From Octopus sinensis (lineage: Eukaryota): a stretch of DNA of 64,000 bases. Shown piece by piece: positions 24,621 through 38,789 of this stretch (positions are counted from its first letter, which is position 1; every line of letters starts with the position of its first letter). The notes below the pieces were generated by a model. The model searched no databases, was not told the DNA's origin, and saw nothing but the letters and a program-made list of their open reading frames with translations. The stretch is from positions 94,550,001 to 94,614,000 of the forward strand of contig NC_042997.1 of assembly GCF_006345805.1 (NCBI RefSeq). The letters run 5' to 3'. The position numbers and the translations under genes were made by a program.

Positions 24621-27049
24621 AATGTTGTTTCTAAAAGGGGGTGAAAATAGTGAAAGGGACGGAAGTGAAGAGTGTATGAGAAAATGTTTTCGCCTTTTAT
24701 ATATTCCTGTCTTCAATGAATTAACTAGAATTGAAGTTCTTGAATTGATTTATTCAACAGTGACACCTCACATAATTTCTGGCATTGTACCAGTATTATA
24801 AATTCATGTTTAATTAAATTTATTTACTAAACTGCAACTCAGTCTCTCCTTTACTCCCACGAATAATAGTATACATTCAATTTCGTTTGATTCTGAATTA
24901 ATCTAAGAGCTTTTAACAATTGCGAAAGACTATGCATCATGATATGCTGTTAATCAGTATACATGTTCTTTGCATAAATATACGTGTTAGTTAAATATAT
25001 GTGTTGCCTGCTAAAAACAGCAGTCTAATCACCATTAAGTCATACGCACAACGGTTTCGGAAGGATGTCTTGGACATTGTAGCCCTAAGTACACTACATC
25101 TGAAATGTGTCACACTGCTATGCATATCAGCTAAATCAGGGCTAAAACACAAGTGAAGCAACTACAACGAGAACAAGGAATCTCTCAAAACAAGGAAACA
25201 TTATACATTCTGCTGCTCAGTAATAAATAATATTGTGAAACGGATTTGACTAATATCGAAATACACCAGTTTCGATCACGATAGGCAGACGTACCTCTAT
25301 ATGAAATCTTCAACGGACAGTCAGGTACACGAAGCTGATATATATATATGTATATTAAAAGCTACATAACGTAGTAAAGATGACTGTACGGATACATGCT
25401 TTAAAAGTATTTTAATGGTTAAAATGTATATAGATTTACGGTGGAACATTTTAGACTCTATCTGATGTATTATTCAATAGAAATAATAATTTTGGCGAGG
25501 AAATACGTTTTAAACGTATAAATATACTTTAAGCAATGATTTATTTCAGAAGGAATGTTTATGGAAGTAAAACGGTAGAATATTTCATAGGAGGTAAAAA
25601 GAATTCTTTCTTAGCATAGCACTGAATCATGAACGAAAAAAAGAAAAGAAAAAAATAAGTGTAATGACTAAATGTCAAATAATTTTACCGCTGAATCAAT
25701 AGAATTTCTTTCTGTCAGTTATTGCAAAACAAAATAGAAATAATTCTCTTGTATCTTTATATAATATAGCCTAGCGTATTAAATTATGACTGCTGAATAA
25801 TGCACGCGCTGCAGTAAATAATTTATGGTTTATTCACTGTTACTGCATATCATGACATTCATTGTGATCCAGACAATGGTGTTTTTACTTTCGTCGGTAT
25901 AATGATATGTTGCTAATAGACTAGACATAGGAATTCCTCTTATATCATCGCCAGAATGCTAAACCTAGTAATATACACATAATTTAATAATTGAATTCTA
26001 AATTTGTTGACGCATGATCAATCTTAAGTGCAAAGTCTTACAGATTCTTGAACGCTTTCTGGGAAAAAAAGCACGACTAGGTTGTACATTGTTATGAATC
26101 GCAGGCTCCTGGGATAAAAGCGAAGGAATTTGGTCTCAACAAGAAATAATTTTGATTTTCAAGATTAAAACAGTACCATAATAGTAAACCAATCGCTGGA
26201 TCCACCCGCACATGCACGCACGTGCTTGCATATTTATGTCTCTATATGTTTATCTGTTCGAGTAAACATTCTTCTTTTGAAGGGTGAGATTAAGTAGAGC
26301 TAGAGAGAAACATAGAAAGAAAATTGGGGAAGCAGAAACGCACATGTATACAACTGATCTGGAAAGTCCGTGTGTGTCTATATATATAGGTAATCCAAAC
26401 ATGAACAAAGAGAAAACACAACGGCGTGAGGACGTGGAACAAGTATAGTGTTACTGGACGTTCAGGAGAGGAAAGAAAGAAGGAGGATTTAACGTTTCGA
26501 GCGGAGCTCTTCGTCGGAAAAATAGAAAAAGGAAAGGTCCAAGGAAGGGAAGACGGAGAAAGAAAGTCGCCAGCGATATACACGCTGTCACATATTGAAA
26601 TGACCGGAACGGAATGGGTATACCTATACACAAACATTTCGTATATATATATATATAGAATAAACCTTTGCATATATAAATAACGTGAAATACACGAAGG
26701 GACGAACATAAGAGACAGACGGGTCATTCAAAGCCTTCGTTCTTCAGTCAGAAACCGATTCATCATCGCAAATTTCGGCTGTTTAATTCTGAGATCTGCT
26801 CTGAATCGGCCAGCCCCAGAAGGAAAGAATGCAACGCAACAGAGACGAACATGAAACGAAAAAAACTTTTTTGAAGACAGTAACGGTTAAAAACAAGGAT
26901 GACACAGGCGCCCTACGGCTTTGAGACAAAAGGAGACACAAAAACAATTTATCAGCAAGCGTGGAAAAATAATTACCTTTTCGGTGAGAAGACACATGCT
27001 GAACAAGCGGCCGTTGGCAACGGAATATATATATATATATTTATATATT

Positions 27050-28620
27050 GATCAAAATAAAAACATGATGCGAAGGATTCAGCGGTACATATGTTTCGGG
27101 CCTTTATTAGACAGATTTATAACAATGCATAATGTATGTCTGTGGCCTTCTTCAGCCGCGCACAACAGCTTCCACAAGGACATGTGTTACATCAAAAATT
27201 CTTGGTTGGGGATGCAAATCCTCTCATTCGCGTACGACATAATGCGGCAGCAGCATAGAATTGAAGCGTCCATCTCTTTCTTCTCTCAATGTAGAATGAG
27301 GAAATTTGGATGTTGAAGCAATGTAAATAAATAAATACATATATAGACGTGAAGATGGAGGGGCGAGAATTCAGGACGAGGGATAAAAATGTATAAAAAG
27401 TGTAAGTATATAAAAATATAAAAATGTAGAGTATAAAGATATAAAGGGATATAAGGAGATGTAAAGGGGGTATAAAGAATATAAAGAAATATAAATAAAT
27501 ATAAATAAATGTGAAGGCATAAGGTTATAAAGTAAAAATAGAAATAGAAATAAAAGTAAAAAGTAAAAAAATAAAAATAGGAGTAAACATGATAAAAATG
27601 TAAAAAATATAAAGATAAGGAATGTATAGAGGTTACGGACCAAACATGGTGGTCAGGAGATTGATAAAATTTAGTTGTAGAAGTTTTGGGTGTCAATAAA
27701 TCAACATTGTCGTCTGGGGACCTAATGTGTTGTAAATCAGAGCTGTTGAGCGTTTAATCTGGTTCTTTGAATTAATTGGTCATCTAGTACATACATACCA
27801 TCATGGATACATACACCCATATACACGCGTACATATACGCCTCCAAGCCTATAAGCGTACACACGCACTCACGTGTAAACATGTACATAAACACACACAC
27901 ACCCACACGCACGCGCGTACATATACATACATACAACAGAATATCCGCATGTATACACGGACATTATACGTGTACACACCCATATGTACATACGTGCGCC
28001 CATCCTTACATATACATACGCATATGCCCACGCTTCCAGGTTTAGATATAAGATATTAAAGGATGTATATAAGAACGTATGTAAAGAATCACGCACTCAC
28101 GTCTACACGTGCACGCACACACGGCTGTGTGTCCATATGTGCGTGCACATATACACTTACATACACACACAGAGACATACGCGCATATGGGTATAGCTAT
28201 AAGATATTAACAGGTGTATACAAATAGGTGTAAACATATGAATATAAGAAAACATGTAAAAAAAGAAATACGGGGTATGTACATCCAGACGTAGATGTTT
28301 ACTCGTACATATGTACATATATGTATACGTATACTTACGTACACGGACGCTCCTATAATCATAAAGTGGATCCATAGGTAAGTAAATAAGGGATAAGCAA
28401 AAAAAATAGACATATATAGAGATATAAAGCGATAAGTTAGGGGTAAGAATGAGGGTAAGGGTAAAAATTAGAAATAAAAGTAAGAAATACAGTATAAAGT
28501 AAGAAATACAATGTAAAGGTTAGAAATGAAATATAAAAATTATAAAATTTATAAGAATTAAGATAAGGATGAAAATAAAAAGGAGAATAAATCGAAGTAG
28601 AATAAAAGTAAAAATAAAAA
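27050..28620 (-). mobile_element. Non-autonomous Penelope-like element of about 1.6 kb bounded by (TA)n, hammerhead near its 3' end
   Basis: (TA)n on both sides; hammerhead at 27082-27159; faint endonuclease C-terminus-like relic at about 27700-27780 (RLNAQQ..LIYNTLGP). Confidence 0.55.
27082..27159 (-). ncRNA. Type I hammerhead ribozyme
   Basis: Minus strand reads GCGG-CTGAAGA-AGGCC...GGCCC-GAAA-CATATG-TA-CCGC. Stem I is 4 GC pairs, stem III is the palindrome ACATATGT, the triplet is GUA, and there is an A-C mismatch at the base of stem II. Confidence 0.82.
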
Positions 28621-28626
28621 TATATA

Positions 28627-28719
<93 letters not shown>

Positions 28720-29395
28720 TATACACACAAATTAAATTCAACAAATAGAACCAAAATGCCCGTATGATTTCGGCCAAGTGTTGAATATCCTCAAAAAATT
28801 TTTCTCTGCTGTCCATAAAAATTGTTTTGCGCATTCGATATTTCTCACAGGGCTTAATTATACTGGGATAATAAATCATGACTAACAGTATATTAATCAC
28901 ATGAAGATATCTGTCTTCGTTGTTATTAATGTCAAGCTGACTTTTAATACAACCCGTAATAAAAACAATGATTTCAATAGTAACATCTACAAGCATAACT
29001 GGCGCAGAGCATTATTTCTCCTGCTCTTCTTCACGAGTAAGTGAAGGCTTCTCATCAATGTAACGACATGAATTACTCAGTGATCACATGATTTCTATTC
29101 ACCATTGCAAGAAATAAGTGCGCAGGCGTTATATTTTACGGACCTAGACTGTTCTCAATATCATACAAATCGTTAAGTTTACTTTAGAAATTACAAATTG
29201 AACTTAGAGACAAGGGAGGGTTTTCTTGTTTAAAAACAATATAAGCTGGAGAAATTTCATTAAATTGTTAAAATTTGAATTCTCGCTGGTATTCAGTACT
29301 ATATATATCATAAAGACGAGCTAGTTTCGTTGTCAAAAAAATTTAGAGTCACATTTAGAGTTATTGATCCCCCCCCCAAAAAAAAATAATAAAAG

Positions 29396-29710
29396 AAATA
29401 CTTAGCGGTGTTTCTTCTGTCTTTATGCTCTGATCCCAAATCTCGTCGAGATCGACTTTGCAGACTTTTCGGATTGAAAAAATACCAGATGAGCATTTGA
29501 GTCGAGGCAATCAACTCGACCCTGTTTCCCCTCAAAAATATCAGGCGTTACGCTCTTTACTTCCAGAGTTCAAATCCCGCCCAGGTCAACTTTTCTTTTT
29601 CGAATCGCTAAACTTAAGTAGTTATCAAGTAATGGGGTGATGTGACTTATAATCGACTTGTCCCTATCTCGCTAAGAGTGCTTGTCTTTATCCTTCAATT
29701 TGAAATCATT
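29396..29710 (+). mobile_element. Composite/dimeric SINE B derivative
   Basis: Two successive B-box/core segments; paralog at 24065. Confidence 0.75.
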
Positions 29711-29878
29711 ATGATTGTTTCATTATCATTTTTACGTTATCTACAGATTCTGTAAAAACACTACGCATTCCATCTAGTGGTGCACAAACTGTTTAATGAT
29801 TATGGTAACGAGAATTTTAAAATGATAATTAAACTGGAAGAGAACAACAAAGAAAAAATAAAGATGATGTAATAATTA

Positions 29879-30090
29879 TTTCAAATTTTTGCCACAAGTG
29901 CACCTTGGCAGTGAGTGGTGGATGAGCCAATTACATCGTTCCCAATGTTCAACGGGTACTTATTTTATCGAGCTCGAAAGGATAAAAGCAAAGTCAACCT
30001 CGCCGGAATTTGAACTCAGTACGTAGCAACGGGAGTATTACCACCAAGCATTACGTCCAGCGTGCTAACGATTCTGCCCGCTCGCCGCCT
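29879..30090 (-). mobile_element. SINE family B
   Basis: Reverse complement begins AAGGCGGCGAGCGGGCAGAATCGTTAGCACG; a further decayed copy lies at about 30180-30320. Confidence 0.85.
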
Positions 30091-30780
30091 TATGGATGAT
30101 GTCCAAGCTTAGCTACATATTTATTTAGGTGTATCTTATAAAACCCTAAAATCAGTCGCATATTTTATATTCTTTTCTAATTTTGACATAACTGCAGCAA
30201 TTTCGAGGGTTGGGGAAGTCTATTTTAGCGATACCAATACCCAACTGGAAATTATTTTATCAACCCCGAAAGGATGGAAGACAAAGACAACTCGTCCAAA
30301 TTTGAACTCAGAACGCAAATACAGATGGATTCGTATCAGTGGTTAAGGAAACGTAGGAATCACGTGTTTCATACACTTATGTAGAAGTAAGCCTATGGTG
30401 CAAAATTGGCATAAATGGATCCTTATGTAAATGAATGTAAACCAAGATAATGCAAGCAAGGAGAAAAGGTAAGCGAATTACTTATCATTTTCTCACTGGT
30501 GAGGCGTGCGTGAGCATTAAAACAACGGATGCTAAATTGAAGAAGATGGCAGATACAACGCCATTTTAATAATAATCAGCTTGGTGACATGATAATAATG
30601 ATAAAAATAGATGCTCTACACCTATGTGTATATATATATATATATAATGCATGAGTGAGTGTGCGTGAGTGTGTGTGATTGTGCGTGTGCACGTGATGAA
30701 AATATACCACTCTTATATATATATAAACACGCATACGCAAAGCATATACATGTTTACATAAGAGAGAGAGAGAGAGAGAG

Positions 30781-30825
<45 letters not shown>

Positions 30826-32031
30826 TTAATATACAGATAATTATCTCATCCCAATATTGGGAGTTTGATATTGCATGGAATATATTTGTGCATTTCTCTG
30901 TTGTTAATTTCTTCGGCGAAGTTATTGACTCATTATGTGTCATTCTAAAGACACTTCAAACAATAAGATTGAGTAAAAGAACTGCCACACAACTTAGATG
31001 TATTTCCATGAAAGCCCAATGCTACATATAAAGTTCAAAATAACTCTGATCTTTAACACGAATGTTGTATTATTATACCACGCATTTGAGTAATTAGGGA
31101 TTTTAAAAACATAATCAGTGGAACATATTTCAAGAGATCTAGAAGCCGTTCAAGGATTTTGACGTGAAGACTCCATTTCCAGCGACTTCGAGGGACACCT
31201 TCCAGTGGTGTCGGGCGTCAACGAAGAGCCCTCGACTACAACAAAACGACCAAAGTTTTTTTCCAAGGTCTCGTTCTCCCGCCCCTAAGCCCTACACCAT
31301 CACCTAATTACCCTTACCCGTCTTGTTGCTTAACAACAGCAACAAAGACATCTAGAGATGACTGTAATTGAATTGAGAATGACTTCAAGGACACGATAAG
31401 CATAATATATCATAACAGACATTTATGTGTCTGACTCCTAAAAATATATTTCAGCGTGACTAAAATTTAATTACGAATTCAGCCAGCGAATGGTTTCATA
31501 TATTTTTATCAATCAACGTCACCCATTTTAATCAGTATAGCAAGTTTATTGATGACATATATCGTCGAAGCCTGATCGGAGAAAGCGAGAATATATTAAT
31601 TACCTCAATGCCAATAGGAGTTTTTTTACAGACCAATATATTTTTGACGAAAATTGCATAAACATTCTAGCATTCAAACAAATCTATGTACGTACGAGTG
31701 GGTGTGATTTAAAACTGAATCCGGTACTGGGGCTCTGGTTCGAAGGTTCCAAGGTGTGGAATGACCCATCAGCCAGTATTGCTCCCAGGTCTACTTTCAC
31801 CCGGATTAATATCACATGTCAAGATGTCAGCTATAGTTTAACTAACATATGTGGTGACATTCACTGAAATCAAGGACGCAGAAATAACTTTGCATGGTCT
31901 CAGGGGTGCAGTAAAGGCATTCGGAATGAGGAACCTACAGCTGTTGTGGAAACTAGCTTCTGGATGAAGGACACTGATGTAAACCTCGGATTTCGCGCGA
32001 TTACTGGTAATCTTGCTTCGGTAATCTTGCA

Positions 32032-32262
32032 GCGGCGAGCTGGCAGAAACGTTAGCACGCCGGGCGAAATGCTTAGCGGTATTTCGTCTGCGTTACGTTG
32101 TGAGTTCAAATTCCGCCGAGGTCGACTTTGCCTTTCATCCTTTCGGGGTCGATAAATTAAGTACCAGTTACGCACTGGGGTCGATGTAATCGACTTAATA
32201 CCTATGTCTGTCCTTGTTTGTCTCCTCTGTGTTTAGCCCCTTGTGGGTAATAAAGAAATAGG
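32032..32262 (+). mobile_element. SINE family B, well-preserved full-length copy
   Basis: tRNA-like head (GGCGAGCTGGCAGAAACGTTAGC...GAGTTCAAATTCC), central GCCTTTCATCCTTTCGGGGTCGATAAATTAAGTACCAG block, A-rich end; at least 8 homologues in the window. Confidence 0.92.
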
Positions 32263-32744
32263 TATATCACTTGGTACTAATCTCGAAGAATCAGAGAGTG
32301 GTACCTCTGTTGTACAAACGTATATGACTAATACACAAGTACGTATACATATTTCTTTATGGTAACTTCATCTGTCACTCTACTGAAAGTCTTATGGCGT
32401 TGGAAGAGTGATGATGTGAGCGGGCCTTACAAGTTAGAAGGGCATATAACGTCACTCTTGTTTGTTTCCGATGCTTCAAAGCATACATATTTGCGATAGG
32501 TCTCATCAGAGAGGTCAGGGATAGCACGTCAGAAATGCACTTAGCAACGAGAAAGCATAAGAAGACCGCAATGATCTTGCGAAGAGGTAGCAATCTTCTT
32601 GTACATACATAATACACACACACGCACGGACGTACTACGCACGCACGCACACAAATACATACATACATGCACACACACACACATACATACATACATACAT
32701 ACATACATACATACATACATACATACATACATACATACATACAC

Positions 32745-33086
32745 GCAAATATTGTAAACATAACAAACCTGATATAAGGATAAGGGACAGGAAAGAGAAA
32801 CTGTACAATAGTAGAAACAGGCTGTCCAGCAGATGCTAACATAAAGCTAAAGATCAAGGAAAAAGAGAATAGCTACGCTAAACTAGAAATCGACTGTTAT
32901 TCTACTCAGATTTTTTTAGCGGTAATTACTGAGGTACTCCGATATGTAACACACTGCCTAATTACCATTCTTGTTAAATTGGACTTCTCAAAACCAGAAA
33001 GGAGAAAGCTGATTCGAAGGTTACAGATCCAATCCATCACTGGAACGGTAAACATTTGTAAAACACTCCAGAAGTTTATCATTTAA
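32745..33086 (+). pseudogene. R4/Dong-like (R2-group) non-LTR retrotransposon, restriction-like endonuclease C-terminus
   Basis: CKHNKPDIRIRDRKEK / CTIVETGCPADANIKLKIKEKENSYAKL ... RKLIRRLQIQSITGTVNICKTLQKFII*. PD..D..E pattern with frameshifts; preceded by (CATA)n. Confidence 0.75.
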
Positions 33087-33136
33087 GTATATATGAACAT
33101 GTATAGATATGCAACTATACACATGAAAGTACGTAC

Positions 33137-33450
33137 GAACTTTGGGTCATCTTCAAACCTTCCTACCAATCCTGAATTCAGCTGCTCAATTTTGCAGAGT
33201 TGATAAAGCTGAAATATCATCCCCTAATGCATCAAGTATGTCAGAATGAATGTCCTTGGCGGCTAACCTCTTTTTCTGCAGATATTTGATAACACTACGG
33301 CAAGTCCTCACTTCTGTATCCAATTTGGGTTTATCCGGAAAGGAAAAATGCAGTTAACATCAGTACATGTTGAATTTAATGTATGCTAAGTTAAATTACT
33401 GTATGATAGCACCTACTTAGTCAGCCTATGAACTTTTCGGCCCACTCTCG
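33137..33450 (-). mobile_element. mariner transposon 5' fragment
   Basis: Terminus TA|CGAGAGTGGGCCGAAAAGTTCATAGGCTGA; translation RSVIKYLQKKRLAAKDIHSDILDALGDDISALSTLQN*AAEFRIGR..EDDP is a mariner N-terminal HTH. Confidence 0.85.
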
Positions 33451-33653
33451 TAAATATACACACATATATAGATATTTGGGTATGTGTATGTAAACTCTAT
33501 TATTCTATTTATTCTTTTATCTACTTTATCACTGATTCCTTTGACCACTCCCCTAAGAATGACAGTTTGCGCCATGCCTACCCCAAAAAGTCCCCCGCCA
33601 CCACCCCTTAAACCTGCCTAAGTGTATAAATGCCAAAACTATTCTTGTCACCT

Positions 33654-33704
33654 AGCTTCCTGATGATTTCTTTTGAATGAAACAGTTCTAGTCCTGTAGA
33701 AGCT
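33654..33704 (+). ncRNA. Type I hammerhead ribozyme
   Basis: AGCTTC-CTGATGA-TTTCTTTTGAAT-GAAA-CAG-TTCTAGTC-CTG-TA-GAAGCT. Stem I 6 bp, stem III 4 bp, GUA triplet; stem II is short and weak. Confidence 0.82.
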
Positions 33705-33786
33705 CCTTCTATAAAATAAATTAATTTACTCTGCTATGTATTGAGTACCTTATTTACTGTGGTTAACCCCGACTCAACCCGGGACC

Positions 33787-33821
<35 letters not shown>

Positions 33822-33826
<5 letters not shown>

Positions 33827-35330
33827 TGGAGTTAAACGCAGATGTTATTCATATCTTCATACTTCCAATATATGTTTCCCAGAAACAGGAATAAAATGAT
33901 GCAACACAATGCAATCTTCTCATCAGGAGGAAATAGAAACAAAACGCATCAATAAGAAATTTTAACCGAATGTGATTACTACACATATGAGGAAGGGAAC
34001 GCTATTACGTTATTTAAAAAAAACCGTTAATATATATAACATGAAAGACAATTTATAGAAAGAGAAGGAAGAGGAAGAAAGAAATTAGCAGAAAATTTAA
34101 AGTCGAGAAATATAGTGCGATAGGTGAATAGAAATAAATGTTAAAGGCATAGAAACATATATATTGAGTGGAAGTGAAATGTAAGAAGATAGTTAAAGGT
34201 AGAATTTTATAGACTGGGAGAAATCACTTATAGGAACTAAAGGTATGTTTTTGCAAATATTTGCAAAGATAAACGCGTTTTGTGAACGTATTTAGAAGAA
34301 GATTCCCTGGATTCTCTGAGAACAGAATGAAATTATAGTTCATCGTTAGAAATCGAACGAAAAAATTTACCTTTATCATACGGAAATAATTTAGATAGAC
34401 TATTCCATTCCAAATCAAACTGTTTATTATGTTCCTTTAGAAACCAAATTAATTTGCTAAGTTCAGCATTGTTACGTTTCTTGATATGTCTAAAAGAAGA
34501 GTAATGAATAGATATTCTTTGGACAACTGAGATGAAGAACAACCTATATAAAAAATACGTCAGAACCGGACGTAATTTTACATTAGTAAATATAGTTTCT
34601 AGTCTTAGTATTATTGCTAAGGAAACGAATGCGATGGGAATTTATATCAGAATTACTAATATTGTTGTTATTATTATTTAAAGAATGGTTAGTGTTAATG
34701 ATATCAAGGTTACTATTTTCATTAAGTGAATTTGTATTGAACAACTTATTATGCGAAGAGATGATTTGTGAAAGGTTTTTGGACTTTGAAAACCCTATCC
34801 TCATTCGGTGTGAATTAATAATCGAATAGTATCTTGAATTTTTATGGAAAGTCTAATCTATACCTTCACGAAACTAATACGAGAGGTTGGATTTGATCTG
34901 GTTACCATATGGAATTATCAACCAAACAATTATTCTAGGACATTCCTTGCCATTAGGCTAATTATCTTTAAAAGTCCTCGATGTACCTTTATAACGAAAA
35001 AAGGGTCCTAAATTACGGCTATCCCACTTGCGCTGTAGAATTACATTACTGTATTTGGTGTTGTTAATCGAACTAGAATTTATATTGTTAATATCGTTAT
35101 GACTTGATTTCATCTCCTGATTAATAGAGGTAGAATTAATATCAATAGGGTTAATATAGGTAATTTTTCCTTTATAGCCTGCTTTAAGTAAGGCAGAGTT
35201 ATAAAATTCTGCTTTATCGTTAAATATTGTCAATATTAGCAGATAATCTAGAAGGTCAAAGTGAAATATTCCTTACTAAATTCCTTATAATAGCCTTTGA
35301 ATGATTACTGAAAGAGCTAATATATTTCAA
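33822..35330 (-). mobile_element. Penelope-like retroelement relic (RT thumb/linker plus GIY-YIG endonuclease C-terminus, 3' region with degenerate hammerhead)
   Basis: IFNDKAEFYNSALLKAGY, IVWLIIPYG, RIGFSKSKNLSQIISSHNK and HYSSFRHIKKRNNAELSKLIWFLKEHNKQFDLEW match PLE ORF C-termini. CTGATGA...GAAACATATATT lies at 33862-33932; the element ends at (TA)n. Confidence 0.85.
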
Positions 35331-35625
35331 ATTAGTTGAGAGTAGAATGATCAACCAGTCTTGTACACTGTATAATTTCTATATCAAATATATAACATAA
35401 TTCTTTTGAGAGTAGGTGCTTTTGGTACATGTAAGCCTCACGGAAAGACTCCTAGCTACATTTCTTTTCGTTCTACTTTTATCATGTATTTCTGATAAAT
35501 ATTTCGTCCAGCTTGAAATATATGGACTACTGGGGAAAGAATCATGTGAGGATTTGCAGGAAAAAGTCAGATAACTTCAGAGAAAAATAATGTCTTTTCA
35601 AGTATATATGTATGAGTTTGTGTAG

Positions 35626-35667
35626 CTATGAGTGCATATGTGTGTGTATGTACACACACACACACGC

Positions 35668-35723
<56 letters not shown>

Positions 35724-35766
35724 GCATCAAATATCTATGAGTGCATACGTGTGTCTATGTATACAT

Positions 35767-35804
<38 letters not shown>

Positions 35805-35843
35805 GCATCAAATATCTATGAGTGCATACGTGTGTCTATGTAT

Positions 35844-35893
<50 letters not shown>

Positions 35894-36012
35894 GCATGTA
35901 TATCTTACGATATGCATCAAATAACTATGAGTGCATACGTGTGTCTATTTATACACACACATATATATATATATGCATGTACATATTACGATATGCATCA
36001 AATATCTTACGA
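35626..36012. repeat. Compound minisatellite (80-110-bp units built from CA and TA runs)
   Basis: Anchor CTATGAGTGCATA.GTGTGT recurs at about 35626, 35736, 35816 and 35925. Confidence 0.88.
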
Positions 36013-36562
36013 TAAGTTGAAAAGAAAGGGAAACATATTTTTCAGATTTTGGGCATTTATAATTTATCAAGGTAAAATGCTTACAAAAAGTGAGTATAAA
36101 CAAATTTAATGGGTTATTTTTAATGGAATTTCTTTCAATATCATTTTTTATGTCTTAAATAAAAAAAAAAGAGTTGATAAAATAAGTCCGTACATTATAT
36201 GTGACAGAATACCATAAAGATTTCTAATGCATATTCGTTGAAGACGAATTCTGAAAATGTGTAAGTGCTAAAAAAATGTTATAAGAAATTCAATTAATTA
36301 AAATTTTAGATATAATAAAATAGGTGAACAAGGAATGAGAATATTACTGTTCAGGGTATTGATACTCTTAATGTATTAATATTTATTAATTGAAATTTAA
36401 TGTAATGCACAGGTTGTAAATCTATGGGATATTTCCGTATAAAGAAATTGGGGAAATGCAAATATTTGCTGAAACATAATTATTGGTACGCTTCCAAATA
36501 TTAGGAAGTATATATATTAAAGAATAATATCAAGTAGTCCATCGTTTGATATACAAATGTAA

Positions 36563-37312
<750 letters not shown>

Positions 37313-37453
37313 GTATATTTGTATATCAAAGAATGTACCACCGGATATTATTCTCTCTTATTCTCTCTCTCTCTCTCCCCCAATCTCTTTGTCTGTCTGT
37401 CCCTCTATCTATCTCTGTATCTCTCAATCTATCTGTGTATCTATCTACATATT

Positions 37454-37495
<42 letters not shown>

Positions 37496-37881
37496 CATAC
37501 ATACATACACTCACACATACATATGTCCGCCTGTATGTATGTATGTATGTATGTATGTATGTATGTATTTATGTATATATGTATGTATCTATGTATGCGT
37601 GTGTGTATATTTGTATAATAAGATGGAAGAACTCTGCAGAGTCAACGGCCATCCCATTATTATACGTACATATGTATATAATTAGCTGATTTATGGATGT
37701 GCGTGCCAGGTGCGTGTTTTGTGCGGTGAACTGTTGGTGAGGGTTGGGTGTGTGTGTATATATATATATTTATATATATTTATTTGCATTTTTAATCCTT
37801 GATTATATGTGTGTATATTGCGTGTACGTGTTTTCTTTCATCTTTTTTCGAACTGATATTATATATATATATGAATATAAA

Positions 37882-37972
<91 letters not shown>

Positions 37973-38034
37973 ATATATATTTGTATTTTATTGTTATTTT
38001 ATTTGATTTGTGTGTATTTGTGGATGTAGTTAAA

Positions 38035-38620
38035 GGGGTAGATGGAGATCTTAGGTTTAAGAAACCCGTGAGGAAGGCAATCTGTCTAGGAAAAGGTAAG
38101 TCTGATTTTCAAATCCTTCACTGCTGTCTTCCAGTTAGCCTTTGGTTGGGCAACTTTGATATAAAACCACTGGAGAGGTTAAACTCCGGGATAATAAAAC
38201 ATGTGACCTCCATAATCACCCAGTAATCTTGCCTTGGTTTGTCACTGGATATCAGATTTTGTGGGAAGAGGGGGGTGCTATGCGTATCGTACAAGCGTGT
38301 GGCATTGATATTGATATGTACAGATATCCCTTCAAGTCCCACGGTGATGGAATAGTGGCGACATGTGCAGGCTTAATGGGCTGGGAGCGCATAGTCACGA
38401 ACCTACACCTGGACGACTCAGGGCCCATCTAACGTCACTGTATTGCTGAAAGAACAGCAGCATGCCTCGGTGAGGCCGAGAGCGTCTGAGCAGCCCTCTC
38501 TAGGGTAGCACTGCTCGCTCAGAAATCTGGGAAAGGTCTAGAAGACGTGACCCAAACGATTGCCTGTTCTACCATCAAGCTGGTAGAATTAGAGTTTGTT
38601 TGTCAAGAGCAGGACTTATT
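38035..38620 (+). mobile_element. Probable RTE-type LINE 5' UTR fragment
   Basis: GGGTAGATGG..CTTAG...GTGAGG...TCTAGGA.AA is homologous to the minus-strand block at 58685-58757; resembles RTE 5' regions. Confidence 0.45.
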
Positions 38621-38789
38621 TGTCACATAAAAACACATGACAGTATTTATTAATTGAAAGTATGGCCTTCTTCTGTAAAGAGGTAGCAATCATGTATGTA
38701 TGTATGTATGTATGTATGTATGTATGTATGTATGTATGTATGTATGTATGTATGTATGCATGTATATGTGTGTTTTGTTTGTATGTATA

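Noticed and set aside
31140-32030. GC-richer stretch that might be coding
   Set aside because: No sustained frame or recognisable motif; ORFs 31900/31946 run into a SINE.
32452-32516. Minus-strand CTCT-CTGATGA...GAAACAAACA-AGAG
   Set aside because: Stem I is possible but there is no U16.1, stem III or basal stem II.
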